A stretch of DNA of 64,000 nucleotides from Alphaproteobacteria bacterium (GTDB taxonomy: Bacteria; Pseudomonadota; Alphaproteobacteria; MPNO01; UBA830), in NCBI GenBank assembly GCA_038131485.1, contig JAYPPO010000002.1, positions 6,908 through 70,907 on the forward strand, read 5' to 3'. The first letter of the stretch is position 1; each line of letters starts with the position of its first letter. Positions 29,657 through 45,212 of the stretch are shown one piece after another. Position numbers and translations under genes: made by a program. The notes beneath the pieces were generated by a model that worked only from the letters and a program-made list of their open reading frames with translations, did not search any database and was not told where the DNA came from.

Positions 29657-30622
29657 ATGGACGTCGTAACCGTTTTCGGCGGATCGGGATTCATCGGCCG
29701 GTACGTGATACGTGAACTCGCCAGCTCCGGCGCCCGCATCCGCGCGGCCGTCCGGCGGCCCGACGGCGCCGGGTTCCTGCGCACAATGGGTGACGTCGGC
29801 CAGGTGACGCCGGTCGCGGCGAACGTGCGCGACGACGCCTCGGTGGCGGCAGCGGTCGATGGTGCAGACACTATAATTAACCTCGTCGGGATCCTCTATG
29901 AAGCAGGCAAGCAGAATTTCGGTGCCGTGCAGGCCGACGGCGCCCGTCGGGTCGCGGAAGCGGCGAAAGCGGCAGGCGCGAGCCGCTTGATCCAAATATC
30001 GGCGATCGGCGCCGATCCGGATGCGGGCTCCGTCTACGCCTCGACTAAGGGCGGCGGCGAAGCGCTGGTTCGCGACGCCTTTCCGGGCGCCACCGTGGTG
30101 CGGCCGAGCGTGGTATTCGGGCCGGAGGACGATTTCTTCAACAGGTTCGCGATGATCGCGCGCCTTGCCCCGGCGCTGCCCCTGGTCGGCGGCGGCCATA
30201 CGAAGTTCCAGCCGGTCTATGTCGGCGACGTCGCGGATGCGATTTCGGCGCTGACCCGCGGCGCTGGCGAGGCGGGCGCGACGTACGAGCTTGGCGGGCC
30301 GCAGGTATACAGCTTCCGGGAACTGATGGAGATCGTCCTTGTCACCATCGGCCGAAAGCGCTGCCTCGTGTCGGTGCCGTTCCCGGTGGCGCAGGCGGGC
30401 GCGGCCGTTACCGACTTAGCGTACAAGTACCCTTTGAGTGTCGTCCGGAACTTCCTGCCGACCCCACTATTGACCCAGGACCAAGTGCGCCTGCTGCGGC
30501 ACGACAACGCCGTGTCGGGAAACTGCGCCGGGCTCGAGGATCTCGGGATTCAGGCGACGTCGGTCGAGGCGGTGGTGCCGACCTATCTCAACCGCTATCG
30601 GAAGGGTGTCTGGCACACCTGA
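29657..30622 (+). CDS. NDUFA9-like NAD(P)H-binding SDR family protein
   Basis: VFGGSGFIGRYV Rossmann motif. About 320 aa with layout typical of alphaproteobacterial complex I NDUFA9-like proteins. Confidence 0.8.
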   Translation: MDVVTVFGGSGFIGRYVIRELASSGARIRAAVRRPDGAGFLRTMGDVGQVTPVAANVRDDASVAAAVDGADTIINLVGILYEAGKQNFGAVQADGARRVAEAAKAAGASRLIQISAIGADPDAGSVYASTKGGGEALVRDAFPGATVVRPSVVFGPEDDFFNRFAMIARLAPALPLVGGGHTKFQPVYVGDVADAISALTRGAGEAGATYELGGPQVYSFRELMEIVLVTIGRKRCLVSVPFPVAQAGAAVTDLAYKYPLSVVRNFLPTPLLTQDQVRLLRHDNAVSGNCAGLEDLGIQATSVEAVVPTYLNRYRKGVWHT

Positions 30623-30644
30623 TTTTCAGGGCTTAGACGGCGTC

Positions 30645-30707
30645 GGCCCGCCCCTCCCGGACGCCCATCAGAGCGCAGGCGGAGGGAGGCCGGGAGAGGC
30701 AGAGGCC
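30645..30707. repeat. GC-rich REP-like element, copy 2 of 3, between convergent genes
   Basis: GGCCCGCCCCTCCCGG ... GGAGGGAGGCCGGGAGAGGCAGAGGCC shares the GGCCGGGAGG core with 504-564 and 39105-39171. Confidence 0.5.
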
Positions 30708-30729
30708 AGAACCACGACGAACGATATCG

Positions 30730-31527
30730 TCAGCTGTACACCCACCACAGGATGACAGCGCCCAGCGCCGCCCGGTACCAGAAGAACGGCGTGAAGCTCG
30801 CTCGCTGCAGCCAGGCCATCATAAGTACGATGGCGATGAAGGCGGCGACGAAAGAGAACGCGGCGGCGGTGATCGCGCCCGCCCAGACATGGTCCGCCCC
30901 CTCCTCGATCAGCTTCCACGACGTCGCTGCGGCGGCGGCGATGATTGTTGGGATCGACATCAGCATCGAGAACCGCGCCGCATCGGTGCGCTCGAAGCCG
31001 AGCCATCGGGCCGCCGTAATGGTGACGCCGGCCCGGCTGGCGCCGGGAATCAGCGCGAGGCACTGGGCGATGCCGATCGCCAGCGCGCGGCCCCACGTCA
31101 TGTGTTCCAGCCGATTTATGGTGACGGTGAACCGGTCGGAGACGTAAAGCAGGACACCGAAGCCAAGCGTCGCCCAGCCGACGATTTCGGCGCTACGCAG
31201 CATGTCGCCCCCCTTTGCAAGCACGATGGCGCCGACGATGACGATCGGAATGGTCGCGACGAACAGCTGGGCGATCAGCCGCAGGCCGGGATTGCGTCGG
31301 ATTTGGCCATACTTAACTATGCCGCGGAGCATTGTGAGGATGTCGCGCCACAAATAGGTCATGACGGCGCCGAGCGTGCCGACATGTACGGCGATATCGA
31401 TCACCAGCCCCTGGTCTTTCCAGCCGGTGAGGCTCGGAATTAGGATGAGATGCCCGGATGAACTGACGGGCAGGAATTCCGTGATCCCCTGGATCAGGGC
31501 GATGACGGCGAGTTGCAGCGTGGTCAA
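30730..31527 (-). CDS. uppP: Undecaprenyl-diphosphate phosphatase
   Basis: GITEFLPVSSSGHL and PGASRAG motifs. Polytopic membrane protein of 265 aa. Confidence 0.9.
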   Translation of the reverse strand: MTTLQLAVIALIQGITEFLPVSSSGHLILIPSLTGWKDQGLVIDIAVHVGTLGAVMTYLWRDILTMLRGIVKYGQIRRNPGLRLIAQLFVATIPIVIVGAIVLAKGGDMLRSAEIVGWATLGFGVLLYVSDRFTVTINRLEHMTWGRALAIGIAQCLALIPGASRAGVTITAARWLGFERTDAARFSMLMSIPTIIAAAAATSWKLIEEGADHVWAGAITAAAFSFVAAFIAIVLMMAWLQRASFTPFFWYRAALGAVILWWVYS

Positions 31528-31815
31528 GGCGGCTGTCCTTGCTGTGCGTTTGGCCCTACCCGGCTATAGCGCATGGCGCCAGGCGCTGCCAGCAAACAAT
31601 TAGTACCAAAAAAAGACTATCACGCCCAAAACACACCGAAGTAGTTTATATGTCAACATTACTGTCTGTTAATTTTTCCCCACCTAGGTAATATTTATTG
31701 ACCTAATGGCAATTTTTTGCTCGCCAGGGACTTTGATCCGGGCTATGCTGTTCATCATCACGAAATTTGGTCAGAGATAAATGGGCAGCCGCGGGGCGAC
31801 CCAAACGAGGAAACT

Positions 31816-33261
31816 ATGTCGGGAAAAATGCTTAAATTCGTCGATGTTTTGCAGCAGATGCCCATTAAGCGGGCTGCTGAACAGCGCCGCGACGATTTCG
31901 AGGAGATCTATTCCGGGTTCGACCCCGTACTGGCTGGCGAGCAGGCGAGCCGTTGCTCCCAGTGCGGCATTCCGTTCTGCCAGGTTCATTGCCCGGTCTC
32001 GAACAACATTCCCGACTGGCTGATGCTGACGGCCGAAGGCCGCCTGCAGGAAGCCTACGAGGTTTCGTCGGCGACCAACAACATGCCCGAAATCTGCGGC
32101 CGCATCTGCCCACAGGACCGACTATGCGAGGGCAACTGCGTAATCGAGCAGTCGGGGCACGGCACGGTCACGATCGGGTCCGTCGAGAAATACATTACCG
32201 ACACGGCGTTCGCGCGCGGCTGGGTGAAGCCGGCGGCGCCGCCGACGGAGCTGGATCAGTCGGTCGGCATCATCGGCGGAGGCCCGGCCGGGCTCGCCGC
32301 GGCTGATCAGCTGCGGCGCAAGGGCTACAAGGTCCACGTCTACGACCGCTATGACCGGATCGGCGGGCTGCTGATATATGGCATTCCCAACTTCAAGCTC
32401 GAAAAGGAAGTCGTGCGCCGCAGGGTCGACATGCTCGAGCAGAGCGGCGTCGAGTTTCACCGCAACTTCGAAGTCGGCCGGGACGCCCCGCTGCAGGACA
32501 TCCGACAGCGCCACGACGCCGTGTTGATCGCGACCGGCGTATACAAGGCCCGAGACATCAAGGTGCCAGGCGTCGGTCTCGAAAATGTGGTGCCCGCGCT
32601 GGACTTCCTCGTCGCCTCCAACCGCAAGGGCCTCGGCGACAAGGTCGAGGCCTTCGACGACGGCAGCCTGAACGCCGACGGCAAGGACGTCGTCGTGATT
32701 GGCGGCGGCGACACGGCTATGGATTGCTTGCGCACCGCCATCCGCCAGGGCGCGAAGTCCGTGACCTGCCTCTACCGCCGCGACCGCGCCAACATGCCCG
32801 GCTCGCGGCGCGAGGTTCAGTACGCCGAGGAAGAAGGCGTGAAGTTCACTTGGCTCGCAGCGCCAGAAGCCTTCCTCGGCGACGACAGGGTGACCGCAGT
32901 GCGAGCTCAGCGCATCCATCTCGGCGTGCCGGACGCGTCGGGCCGCCAGACGCCGGAGCTCATTCCCGGCTCCAGCTTCAACGCGCCGTCGGACATTGCC
33001 ATCAAGGCGCTCGGCTTCGACCCCGAGGACCTGCCGAGGCTGTTCGACACGCCCGAATTGCAGGTCACCAAGTGGGGCACGCTCCGGATCAACCACCGAA
33101 CCATGATGACCGATCTCGACGGCGTGTTCGCCGCCGGCGATATAGTGCGTGGCGCATCGCTCGTCGTCTGGGGCGTGCGCGACGGGCGCGACGCCGCTGA
33201 GGGAATCCACAGCTACATCACGGCGAAGGCCGCCTCCGGCGACGCCGTCGCAGCGGAGTAA
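31816..33261 (+). CDS. gltD: Glutamate synthase (NADPH) small subunit
   Basis: CSQCGIPFCQVHCPVSNNIPDW Fe-S cluster region, GIIGGGPAGLAAA and VVVIGGGDTAMDC dinucleotide folds. ATG at 31816 after GAGGA. Confidence 0.9.
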   Translation: MSGKMLKFVDVLQQMPIKRAAEQRRDDFEEIYSGFDPVLAGEQASRCSQCGIPFCQVHCPVSNNIPDWLMLTAEGRLQEAYEVSSATNNMPEICGRICPQDRLCEGNCVIEQSGHGTVTIGSVEKYITDTAFARGWVKPAAPPTELDQSVGIIGGGPAGLAAADQLRRKGYKVHVYDRYDRIGGLLIYGIPNFKLEKEVVRRRVDMLEQSGVEFHRNFEVGRDAPLQDIRQRHDAVLIATGVYKARDIKVPGVGLENVVPALDFLVASNRKGLGDKVEAFDDGSLNADGKDVVVIGGGDTAMDCLRTAIRQGAKSVTCLYRRDRANMPGSRREVQYAEEEGVKFTWLAAPEAFLGDDRVTAVRAQRIHLGVPDASGRQTPELIPGSSFNAPSDIAIKALGFDPEDLPRLFDTPELQVTKWGTLRINHRTMMTDLDGVFAAGDIVRGASLVVWGVRDGRDAAEGIHSYITAKAASGDAVAAE

Positions 33262-33265
33262 CGAC

Positions 33266-37807
<4,542 letters not shown>

Positions 37808-38218
37808 GTGACGGATTAGAAGTTCCCCAGCCGCTTGACCCGCTTCCGTGCATAATAGACGGAGGGCGTTTCAGTGCGATTTCGATCACCTTGCGCTAAC
37901 TTGCTAGCGACGCGCTGATCGCGCCGTGGCGCTTGCAGGTCAGCACCGCTCTTGGTGCAGTTCGCTGCCATCATTGCTGCCCCCGCCGCGTGCCGCCATG
38001 ATAGAGAAATATCCATTTGTTATAGAGACTGCCCTGAACGGCATCGTAGTCGACTGGGGCCTGCCGATCCCCCGGCGACACCATCGGCGGCAGGGCTGCC
38101 GCGTTAAGAACGACTGGGCAGCGCCCGGCTTGTCTTCGCACCGTCACAACGCTTAGATTTTTTATTGATTGCTTCAAAGCTAAGCCGGAAAACGTTACGA
38201 TCGACCGAAGTCAGAGTG

Positions 38219-39091
38219 ATGAAGACCGGCTCCCCAAAACTGTTCTGTTTCGGCCTCGGCTACAGCGCCATGGCGCTGGCCCGCCGCCTCAACACTCAGG
38301 GCTGGCGTATCGCGGGCACGTGCCGGGCACCGGCCCGCCAGGCGGCACTAACGGCGCTCGGCATCGAGGCCACAGTATTCGACGGCATCTCGCCGATAGA
38401 CCAGCCGGAGCTGCTCGCCGGCGCGACGCACGTCCTGCTCTCGATCCCGCCGGGCGAGGACGGCGACCGGGCCTTCCTGCACCATGCGTCTGACATCGCT
38501 AAGGCCGCGCCGGACTGGGTCGGCTACCTGTCGACGACGGGCGTCTATGGAGATCGAGGAGGCGGCTGGGTCGACGAGACGTCGGAGCTGCGCCCATCGA
38601 GCCCGCGCTCCGAGTGGCGGGTCGCCGCCGAGGCCGCCTGGCTGGACTGGGGGACGAAAACCGGCATTCCGGTTCAGGTATTCCGGCTCGCGGGAATATA
38701 CGGTCCGGGCCGTTCCGTCGCCGATCAGGTCCGCAAGGGCGAAGCGAAGCGCATCGCTAAGCCGGGCCATCTTTTCTCGCGTATCCATGTGGAGGACATC
38801 GCGACTGTCCTTGCCGCCTCGATCGCGCAGCCCGAGCCGGGCGGTATTTACAACGTCTGCGACGATGAGCCGGCCACGCCCTCCAATGTTACGGCCTATG
38901 TCTGCGAGCTTCTGAGCATCGCTCCGCCGCCCGAGATTCCGTTCGCAGACGCCGAGCTGTCTCCGATGGCGCGCACTTTCTGGGCCGACAACCGGCGGGT
39001 CCGCAACGACCGCATCAAGGATAAGCTCGGCGTGACGCTGGCGTTTCCGGACTATCGGATCGGCATCCGGTCGGTGATCGGGCTTTTATAG
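38219..39091 (+). CDS. NAD(P)-binding SDR/epimerase-family protein
   Basis: LFCFGLGYSAMALA Rossmann-like start, YLSTTGVYGD, FRLAGIYGPGR. ATG at 38219. Confidence 0.65.
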   Translation: MKTGSPKLFCFGLGYSAMALARRLNTQGWRIAGTCRAPARQAALTALGIEATVFDGISPIDQPELLAGATHVLLSIPPGEDGDRAFLHHASDIAKAAPDWVGYLSTTGVYGDRGGGWVDETSELRPSSPRSEWRVAAEAAWLDWGTKTGIPVQVFRLAGIYGPGRSVADQVRKGEAKRIAKPGHLFSRIHVEDIATVLAASIAQPEPGGIYNVCDDEPATPSNVTAYVCELLSIAPPPEIPFADAELSPMARTFWADNRRVRNDRIKDKLGVTLAFPDYRIGIRSVIGLL

Positions 39092-39104
39092 ATGTCACAG
39101 TTCA

Positions 39105-39171
39105 GGCCCTCTCCCCTTCAGGACACGCACTGAGATGATCCTGTGGGTGGCCGGGAGGTGAAGAGGGCCGG
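39105..39171. repeat. GC-rich REP-like element, copy 3 of 3, between convergent genes
   Basis: GGCCCTCTCCCC...GGGTGGCCGGGAGGTGAAGAGGGCCGG. The right arm is nearly identical to 538-564. Confidence 0.6.
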
Positions 39172-39182
39172 TGCCGAAAAAA

Positions 39183-39974
39183 TCATACAGGGTCTATTTT
39201 CTCGAATAACTCGTCCACCGTCAGCTTGAGCAGGGCTATGTCCCGGTCGCGCGATAGGCGATGATCGCCGTCCTTCACGAGCAAGATTCGCACATCTTCC
39301 GACAGCAGCTTCTCGGCGATCCGGCTGGACGTCATCCACGGCACGGCCGTATCGCGCATGCCATGCAGCAGGCGCACAGGACAGTGCAGCGCGATCACGC
39401 CGCGCAACAGTAGGTGTTCGCGCCCCTCCTCGATCAGCTTGCGCGTGATCGTATAGGGGCTGTGGCCGTATTCGCTCGGCTCGTAATAGACGCCGTCACG
39501 GCGAAGCGTTTCGCGGCTATCCTCGTCGAAACGATCCCACATCAGGTCCTCGGTGAAATCGGGCGCCGCGGCGATGCCGACCAGCGCCGCGACCTTCTGC
39601 GGGCGCGCCAGCGCCGCGAGCAGCATCATCCAGCCGCCCATCGACGAGCCGACGACGATCTGCGGGCCGTCGGTACATTCGTCAAGCACAGCAATGGCAT
39701 CGGACGCCCAGTCGCCGATGGTGCCGTCCGCAAAGTCGCCTGTCGACTCGCCATGGCCGCGGTAATCGAACCGCACGAACGCGCGGCCGGCGGCGCGGCA
39801 GTAGCGTCCGAGCTCGACGGCCTTAGTTCCCTGCATGTCGGAGTTGAGTCCGCCCATGAAAACTACGCCGGGCGACTTGCCCGCGAGGCGATGGTGGGCG
39901 ATTGTGACGCCTCCGGTGCGTGCTAGACTCTCTGGGGGGCTCTCGGGGCGGTTGTTCATCTGGGTTCGGATCAA
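39183..39974 (-). CDS. Alpha/beta-fold hydrolase
   Basis: VVFMGGLNS, nucleophile elbow GSSMGG, C-terminal DGDHRL. Confidence 0.8.
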   Translation of the reverse strand: MIRTQMNNRPESPPESLARTGGVTIAHHRLAGKSPGVVFMGGLNSDMQGTKAVELGRYCRAAGRAFVRFDYRGHGESTGDFADGTIGDWASDAIAVLDECTDGPQIVVGSSMGGWMMLLAALARPQKVAALVGIAAAPDFTEDLMWDRFDEDSRETLRRDGVYYEPSEYGHSPYTITRKLIEEGREHLLLRGVIALHCPVRLLHGMRDTAVPWMTSSRIAEKLLSEDVRILLVKDGDHRLSRDRDIALLKLTVDELFEKIDPV

Positions 39975-39991
39975 GCAAGCTTTTGGAAACG

Positions 39992-41185
39992 ATGGGTATG
40001 CCCGCCGAAGCAGGAGCAGGAGCGATTAATAGCGTTCCGATGCCCGACGCGAAAGCGCCGGCCGTATTGCAGGTGCTCCCCAGCCTGGTGACTGGAGGAG
40101 TGGAGCGCGGCACTGCCGACGTCGCGGCGGCGCTGACCTCCGCCGGGTGGCGCGCGATTGTCGCCTCGGCCGGCGGACCTATGGTACGCGAAATCGAGCG
40201 CGCGGGCGCCGAGCACGTCACACTTCCGCTTGATCGCAAGAACCCTTTAACGATTAAACGCAACGCCTCGGCCCTTGCCGACATCATCCGCAGCCGCAAC
40301 ATCTCGATCGTGCATGCCCGGAGCCGCGCACCGGCATTGAGCGCGAGCAGCGCAGCGAAACAGTGCAGAGTACCATTCGTCACAACTTTCCACGGCACCT
40401 ACAACTTCGCAAACCCCTTAAAGAAGGCCTACAACGCGACCATGTCGAGTGGCGACCGGGTGATCGCGATCTCGGAATTCATCGCCGAGCACATACGCCA
40501 CAACTATGCTACACCTTCGGATCGCATCCGGACGATTCCCCGAGGCATCGACGTCGGCTTTTTCAATCCGGACGCGGTTTCGGAGGAGCGGATGACCCAG
40601 CTAGCCCGGGCATGGCGGCTGCCGGACGCCTCGCCGGTTATCATGCTGCCTGGTCGTCTGACACGCTGGAAAGGCCAGAGCGTTCTAATCGAGGCCGCCC
40701 GCCGCCTCGGCCGCCAGGATGTACGCGTCCTGTTGGTGGGCGACGATCAGGGACGCACTGGCTACCGAAAGGAGCTAGAGAAACAGATCGCGCGGATCGG
40801 CGCGGAAAGCATCATTCACCTCACAGGCCCATGCCGCGACATGCCCGCCGCCTACATGCTAGCCGACGTCGTAGTATCGGCATCGACCGACCCGGAAGCG
40901 TTCGGGCGCGTTGCCGCTGAGGCGCAGGCAATGGGGCGGCCGGTCATCGCCACCAATCACGGCGGCTCTCGCGAGACCGTCGTCGCCGGCGAAACCGGCT
41001 GGCTGGTGCCGCCGGGAGACGCCGACGAGCTTGCCCGCGCGCTTTGCGCCGCGCTGTCGATGTCGAGCGAGGAGCGCAGCAAGCTCGCACGGCGCGCGGT
41101 GGCCCACATCCATGATAAGTACACGAAAACCCGTATGTGCGAGCGCACGCTCGAGGTCTACGCGGAACTGACGACATCGCCATGA
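39992..41185 (+). CDS. Family 4 (GT-B) glycosyltransferase
   Basis: VLQVLPSLVTGGVERG N-terminal motif and EAFGRVAAEAQAMGRPVIATNHGGSRE (E-x7-E region). Start tentative. Confidence 0.8.
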   Translation: MGMPAEAGAGAINSVPMPDAKAPAVLQVLPSLVTGGVERGTADVAAALTSAGWRAIVASAGGPMVREIERAGAEHVTLPLDRKNPLTIKRNASALADIIRSRNISIVHARSRAPALSASSAAKQCRVPFVTTFHGTYNFANPLKKAYNATMSSGDRVIAISEFIAEHIRHNYATPSDRIRTIPRGIDVGFFNPDAVSEERMTQLARAWRLPDASPVIMLPGRLTRWKGQSVLIEAARRLGRQDVRVLLVGDDQGRTGYRKELEKQIARIGAESIIHLTGPCRDMPAAYMLADVVVSASTDPEAFGRVAAEAQAMGRPVIATNHGGSRETVVAGETGWLVPPGDADELARALCAALSMSSEERSKLARRAVAHIHDKYTKTRMCERTLEVYAELTTSP

Positions 41186-42120
41186 GGAACGGTATGCGCC
41201 GGATACTGGTGATAAAGCTGGGCGCCCTCGGCGATTTCGTTCTTGCGACTGGCGCCTTTGCTGCCATCCGCGCGGCGCATCCGACCGACGAGATCATTCT
41301 GCTGACCACACCGCCGTTCGCCGAGCTCGCTGCCGAAAGCTGCTATTTCGACAGGGTCTGGACCGACGGACGCCCGCGGTCCATCGACCTGCCGGGGAGA
41401 TGGCGGCTCTCCCGCAAGCTGGCAAGGTCTGGGATCTCACGCGTATACGATCTCCAGACATCCCCGCGCAGCACGAGTTATTTCCGCCATTTTCCGCGCC
41501 GGGCGCGCCCGGAATGGTCGGGCATCGCCGTCGGATGCTCGCATCCCCACGAAAACCCAAATAGAGACTCACTGCACACGATTGACCGTCTGGCGGAGCA
41601 GCTAGAGATGGCGGGTATCTCGGAGACCCCGTTTCCGGACTTGTCGTGGATAAAGGGTAATATCGCCCGGTTGGGCCTGCCCGAGCGCTACGTGCTGCTC
41701 GTGCCGGGCGCGGCACCGCACCGGCCGGAAAAAAGATGGCCGGCTACGCATTACGCGGCGCTCGCGGACCGGCTAGCAGAGATGGGCCTGCCGTCGGTGA
41801 TTATCGGCGGGAGGACCGATGTCGCGCTTGCCGACTGGATCGTGGAGAGCGCCGGGACGACGAAAGTGCGCTCGCTCGCTGCGGAAACAACCCTCGGCGA
41901 TATCGGGGTTCTAGCGCGCAGCGCGGCAGGCTCAGTCGGTAACGACACCGGCCCAATGCACATTGCGGCGCTGCTAGGCTGCCCGTCGCTGGTGCTATTT
42001 TCAGAGGCATCCAATCCGGCCCTGACCGCGCCGCGCGGCCCCGATGTCGGCACTCTTCAACGTCCGAAACTAGAGGATCTGGATGTTTCCACGGTTGCCG
42101 CAGCGTTAAGATTGCGTTAA
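41182..42120 (+). CDS. Family 9 glycosyltransferase (LPS heptosyltransferase-like)
   Basis: [21 protein letters not shown] and [11 protein letters not shown] motifs. ATGA overlap with the preceding glycosyltransferase. Confidence 0.8.
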   Translation: MRNGMRRILVIKLGALGDFVLATGAFAAIRAAHPTDEIILLTTPPFAELAAESCYFDRVWTDGRPRSIDLPGRWRLSRKLARSGISRVYDLQTSPRSTSYFRHFPRRARPEWSGIAVGCSHPHENPNRDSLHTIDRLAEQLEMAGISETPFPDLSWIKGNIARLGLPERYVLLVPGAAPHRPEKRWPATHYAALADRLAEMGLPSVIIGGRTDVALADWIVESAGTTKVRSLAAETTLGDIGVLARSAAGSVGNDTGPMHIAALLGCPSLVLFSEASNPALTAPRGPDVGTLQRPKLEDLDVSTVAAALRLR

Positions 42121-42164
42121 ACGCCCCGCTCTGTAGGTTAACCTGTGGAAGCGGCACAGAAAAT

Positions 42165-44093
42165 ATGAGCTTGAACGGCGTGAACATCACGCTGCCAGAT
42201 GGCAGCGTGCGGTCATTCGACGGTCCGGTGACAGGCGCGGAGCTTGCCGCCGACATAGGCCCTGGCCTCGCCAAGGCGGCCATCGCCGTCAAGATCGGCG
42301 ACGAGGTCCGCGATCTCGCTCGGGCCATTGACGCAGACGCGACGGTGGAGATCATCACGCGCAAATCCGACGTTGCGCTGGAGCTGATCCGTCACGACGC
42401 CGCGCATGTGATGGCCGAGGCGGTGCAGCAGCTCTATCCCGGCACGCAGGTGACGATCGGCCCCGCCATTGAGCACGGCTTTTACTACGACTTCGCGCGC
42501 GACGAGCCGTTCACCCCAGAGGACCTCGAAAAGATCGAAGCGAGGATGAAGGAAATCGTCAAACGCGACGAAGCCTTTGTGCGCGAGGAATGGGACCACG
42601 ATGATGCGGCGCGCCATTTCACGGATATCGGCGAGAAATACAAGGCACAGTTGATCCACGACCTGCCGGCCGAAGAAACAATCTCCATATACCGGCAGGG
42701 TGAGTGGATGGATCTGTGCCGCGGCCCGCATTTGCCGTCGACAGGCCACGTGGGAACCGCCTTCAAGCTCCTGAAACTGGCCGGCGCGTACTGGCGCGGC
42801 AATTCAAATAACGAGATGCTCCAGCGGATCTACGGCACCGCTTGGCGCGACGAGACGGAACTCGGCGCACACCTGAAGATGCTGGAAGAGGCGGAGAAGC
42901 GTGACCACCGCCGGCTAGGCCGCGAGATGGGCCTATTCCACTTCCAGGAGGAAGCGGTAGGCAGCGTGTTCTGGCACCCCAAGGGCTGGACGCTTTATCG
43001 CACGCTCGAGAGCTATATCCGCGCGCGGCTGGAAGAGGCTAAATACGTCGAGGTGAAGACGCCGCAGCTCATCGACCGCGGCCTGTGGGAGACCTCCGGC
43101 CACTGGGAGAAGTTCCGGGAACACATGTTTACGGCCGAGACCGAGGACGACCGCATCTTCGCGCTCAAGCCAATGAATTGCCCGGGCCACGTCCAGATAT
43201 TTAAACAGGGTATCACGAGCTACCGCGACCTGCCGCTGCGCATGGCCGAGTTCGGCTCGTGCCATCGTTATGAGCCGTCGGGCGCTCTGCATGGGCTGAT
43301 GCGCGTGCGCGCCTTCACGCAGGACGATGCCCACATCTTCTGCCGCGAGGACCAGATCACGGCGGAGACAGAAGCGTTCTGCGACCTGCTGCTCAGCGTC
43401 TACCGGGACTGCGGGTTCACCAATGTGATGGTCAAGTTCGCCGACCGACCCGAAGTCCGCGCCGGTGAAGATGCCGTGTGGGACCGCGCCGAAAGCGCGC
43501 TCACCGAAGCAGTGCAGGCGGCTGGCCTCAACTACACGCTCAACCCCGGCGAGGGCGCGTTTTACGGACCGAAGCTCGAATTCGTGCTGCGCGACGCCAT
43601 CGGCCGCGACTGGCAGTGCGGTACGCTGCAGGTCGACTTCGTGCTGCCCGAACGGCTGGACGCGGCCTATGTCGCGGAGGACGGCGCCAAGCATCGGCCC
43701 GTCATGCTGCACCGCGCAATTCTGGGATCGTTCGAACGCTTCATCGGCATCCTGATAGAGAACTATGCCGGGCGCATGCCGATGTGGATGGCGCCGGTTC
43801 AGGCCGTCGTCGCCACGATCACATCCGGTGCCGACGCCTATGCTGTAGAGGTGCGCAACGCGCTCGACGCCGCCGGCGTCCGAGCAAGCGTCGACGTACG
43901 CAATGAAAAGATCAACTACAAGGTTCGCGAACACAGCCTTGCCAAGGTACCGGTGATCCTCGTCGTCGGGCAGCGCGAAGTAGACAACAGCAAGGTCGCG
44001 CTGCGCCGCCTGGGCGGCAAGGACCAAGAATTCCTTGCGCTCGACGAGGCCATTGCTAGACTTGCCGGGGAGTGCCGCCCGCCCACTGGCTGA
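42165..44093 (+). CDS. thrS: Threonine--tRNA ligase
   Basis: TGS domain start, [11 protein letters not shown] editing domain, class II motifs (FRHEPSG-like [26 protein letters not shown]) and anticodon-binding end. 642 aa. Confidence 0.95.
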   Translation: MSLNGVNITLPDGSVRSFDGPVTGAELAADIGPGLAKAAIAVKIGDEVRDLARAIDADATVEIITRKSDVALELIRHDAAHVMAEAVQQLYPGTQVTIGPAIEHGFYYDFARDEPFTPEDLEKIEARMKEIVKRDEAFVREEWDHDDAARHFTDIGEKYKAQLIHDLPAEETISIYRQGEWMDLCRGPHLPSTGHVGTAFKLLKLAGAYWRGNSNNEMLQRIYGTAWRDETELGAHLKMLEEAEKRDHRRLGREMGLFHFQEEAVGSVFWHPKGWTLYRTLESYIRARLEEAKYVEVKTPQLIDRGLWETSGHWEKFREHMFTAETEDDRIFALKPMNCPGHVQIFKQGITSYRDLPLRMAEFGSCHRYEPSGALHGLMRVRAFTQDDAHIFCREDQITAETEAFCDLLLSVYRDCGFTNVMVKFADRPEVRAGEDAVWDRAESALTEAVQAAGLNYTLNPGEGAFYGPKLEFVLRDAIGRDWQCGTLQVDFVLPERLDAAYVAEDGAKHRPVMLHRAILGSFERFIGILIENYAGRMPMWMAPVQAVVATITSGADAYAVEVRNALDAAGVRASVDVRNEKINYKVREHSLAKVPVILVVGQREVDNSKVALRRLGGKDQEFLALDEAIARLAGECRPPTG

Positions 44094-44181
44094 CGCGGAT
44101 ATTACCGCTGATTTCAGGTAACGGACTCAGAAAGCCGCTTACCAAAACAATCGAAGGAGAAAATCGATCGCAAGATTCCAG

Positions 44182-44703
44182 ATGATGGAGCCGCCGTCCA
44201 AAGACGATCGGCCTGTCAACGACGCAATAATCTTCCCCAAGATTCGCCTGATCGGCGCCGACGGCGAACAGGTAGGGGTCATAGCCCGTGAGGACGCCCT
44301 AGACCGCGCAGCGACTGCCGGCCTGGACCTTGTGATCGTCGCGGAAAATGCGGACCCACCGGTCTGCAAGATCATGGATTACGGCAAGTTCAAATACGAA
44401 GAACAGAAAAAGAAGAACGAAGCCCGAAAAAAGCAGAAGACAATAGATGTCAAGGAAATCAAGCTGCGTCCCGGCATCGACAGTCACGACTACGACGTGA
44501 AGATGCGCGCGATGCGGAAATTCCTAGACGAAGGTGACAAGGTGAAGGTCACCATGCGCTTCCGTGGCCGCGAGATGGCGCATCAAGACCTCGGCCTCGT
44601 CATCCTGCACCGCGTGCGCGACGATCTCGAGGAACTCGGCAAGATCGAGCAGTTCCCGAAAATGGAAGGCCGTCAGATGGTGATGGTGCTGGCGCCAAAA
44701 TAG
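44182..44703 (+). CDS. infC: Translation initiation factor IF-3. True start may be the in-frame ATC at 44167.
   Basis: [53 protein letters not shown] and [16 protein letters not shown] (44154-44159) lies 7 nt before ATC 44167 but 22 nt before ATG 44182. Confidence 0.9.
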   Translation: MMEPPSKDDRPVNDAIIFPKIRLIGADGEQVGVIAREDALDRAATAGLDLVIVAENADPPVCKIMDYGKFKYEEQKKKNEARKKQKTIDVKEIKLRPGIDSHDYDVKMRAMRKFLDEGDKVKVTMRFRGREMAHQDLGLVILHRVRDDLEELGKIEQFPKMEGRQMVMVLAPK

Positions 44704-44731
44704 TCCGTTAGGTAAATGCACATTACCGATG

Positions 44732-44762
44732 GGGCCGGTCGATCGACCGGCCCTCGGCTTTT
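44732..44762. terminator. Strong hairpin terminator after infC
   Basis: Perfect 22-nt palindrome GGGCCGGTCGATCGACCGGCCC (44732-44753) followed by TCGGCTTTT. Confidence 0.7.
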
Positions 44763-44913
44763 GGAAATTCGATTTCCCGACAACCACCGCCCTCGCAGGA
44801 GCGGGTCTCAGACCCGCCCTTCACTGATCCGGCGATAGCGGGCCGATCTGAGACAGGCCTCTAGGCAAGCCTCCTTAGCCCTGCCGTCGCAAACAGTACG
44901 ATTTGGGCCGACG

Positions 44914-45099
44914 TTAGTGCCCGGCGGCGGGCCTAGCGCCCTCTTTGAGGATGAACATCCGATCGCAGTAGGGGCATTCGACCCGGCCATCTTCAAGCGT
45001 CAGATAGACCTTGGGATGGCCGAGCGCGCCGCCGCCGTCGCACGCGACGTCGAGGGTTTCCACTTCGATTGTTTCTGGCGGTTCGGGCGTCTGCGCCAT
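44914..45099 (-). CDS. zf-CHCC zinc-finger domain protein (NDUFS6-like)
   Basis: VACDGGGALGHPKVYLTLEDGRVECPYCDRMF. ATG at 45099; the rest of the 148-aa track ORF is not supported. Confidence 0.7.
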   Translation of the reverse strand: MAQTPEPPETIEVETLDVACDGGGALGHPKVYLTLEDGRVECPYCDRMFILKEGARPAAGH

Positions 45100-45212
45100 G
45101 GTTGTCTGCCCCTCAAGAGCCGTTGCCGTAAATCGTTGCGGATGATACCCAAAGCGGCTGTGCCGTCCAAGCAGCGCGCGCAGGCGAACGAAAGCGACAT
45201 GGCAAGTATGAC

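Noticed and set aside
31707-31720. TGGCAATTTTTTGC upstream of gltD, resembling a sigma-54 -24/-12 promoter (the rpoN gene is in the window).
   Set aside because: The GG-to-GC spacing is one nucleotide shorter than the strict TGGCAC-N5-TTGC geometry, so it is probably a chance match in an AT-rich intergenic region.
37816-38177. Two small minus-strand ORFs (66 and 68 aa) between gltB and the SDR gene.
   Set aside because: No recognisable motif, no SD, and they overlap each other. Treated as intergenic.
44704-44913. thrS-infC are adjacent as in E. coli, but rpmI-rplT do not follow.
   Set aside because: A strong terminator follows infC. Operon composition varies among lineages, so absence here is not evidence of loss.
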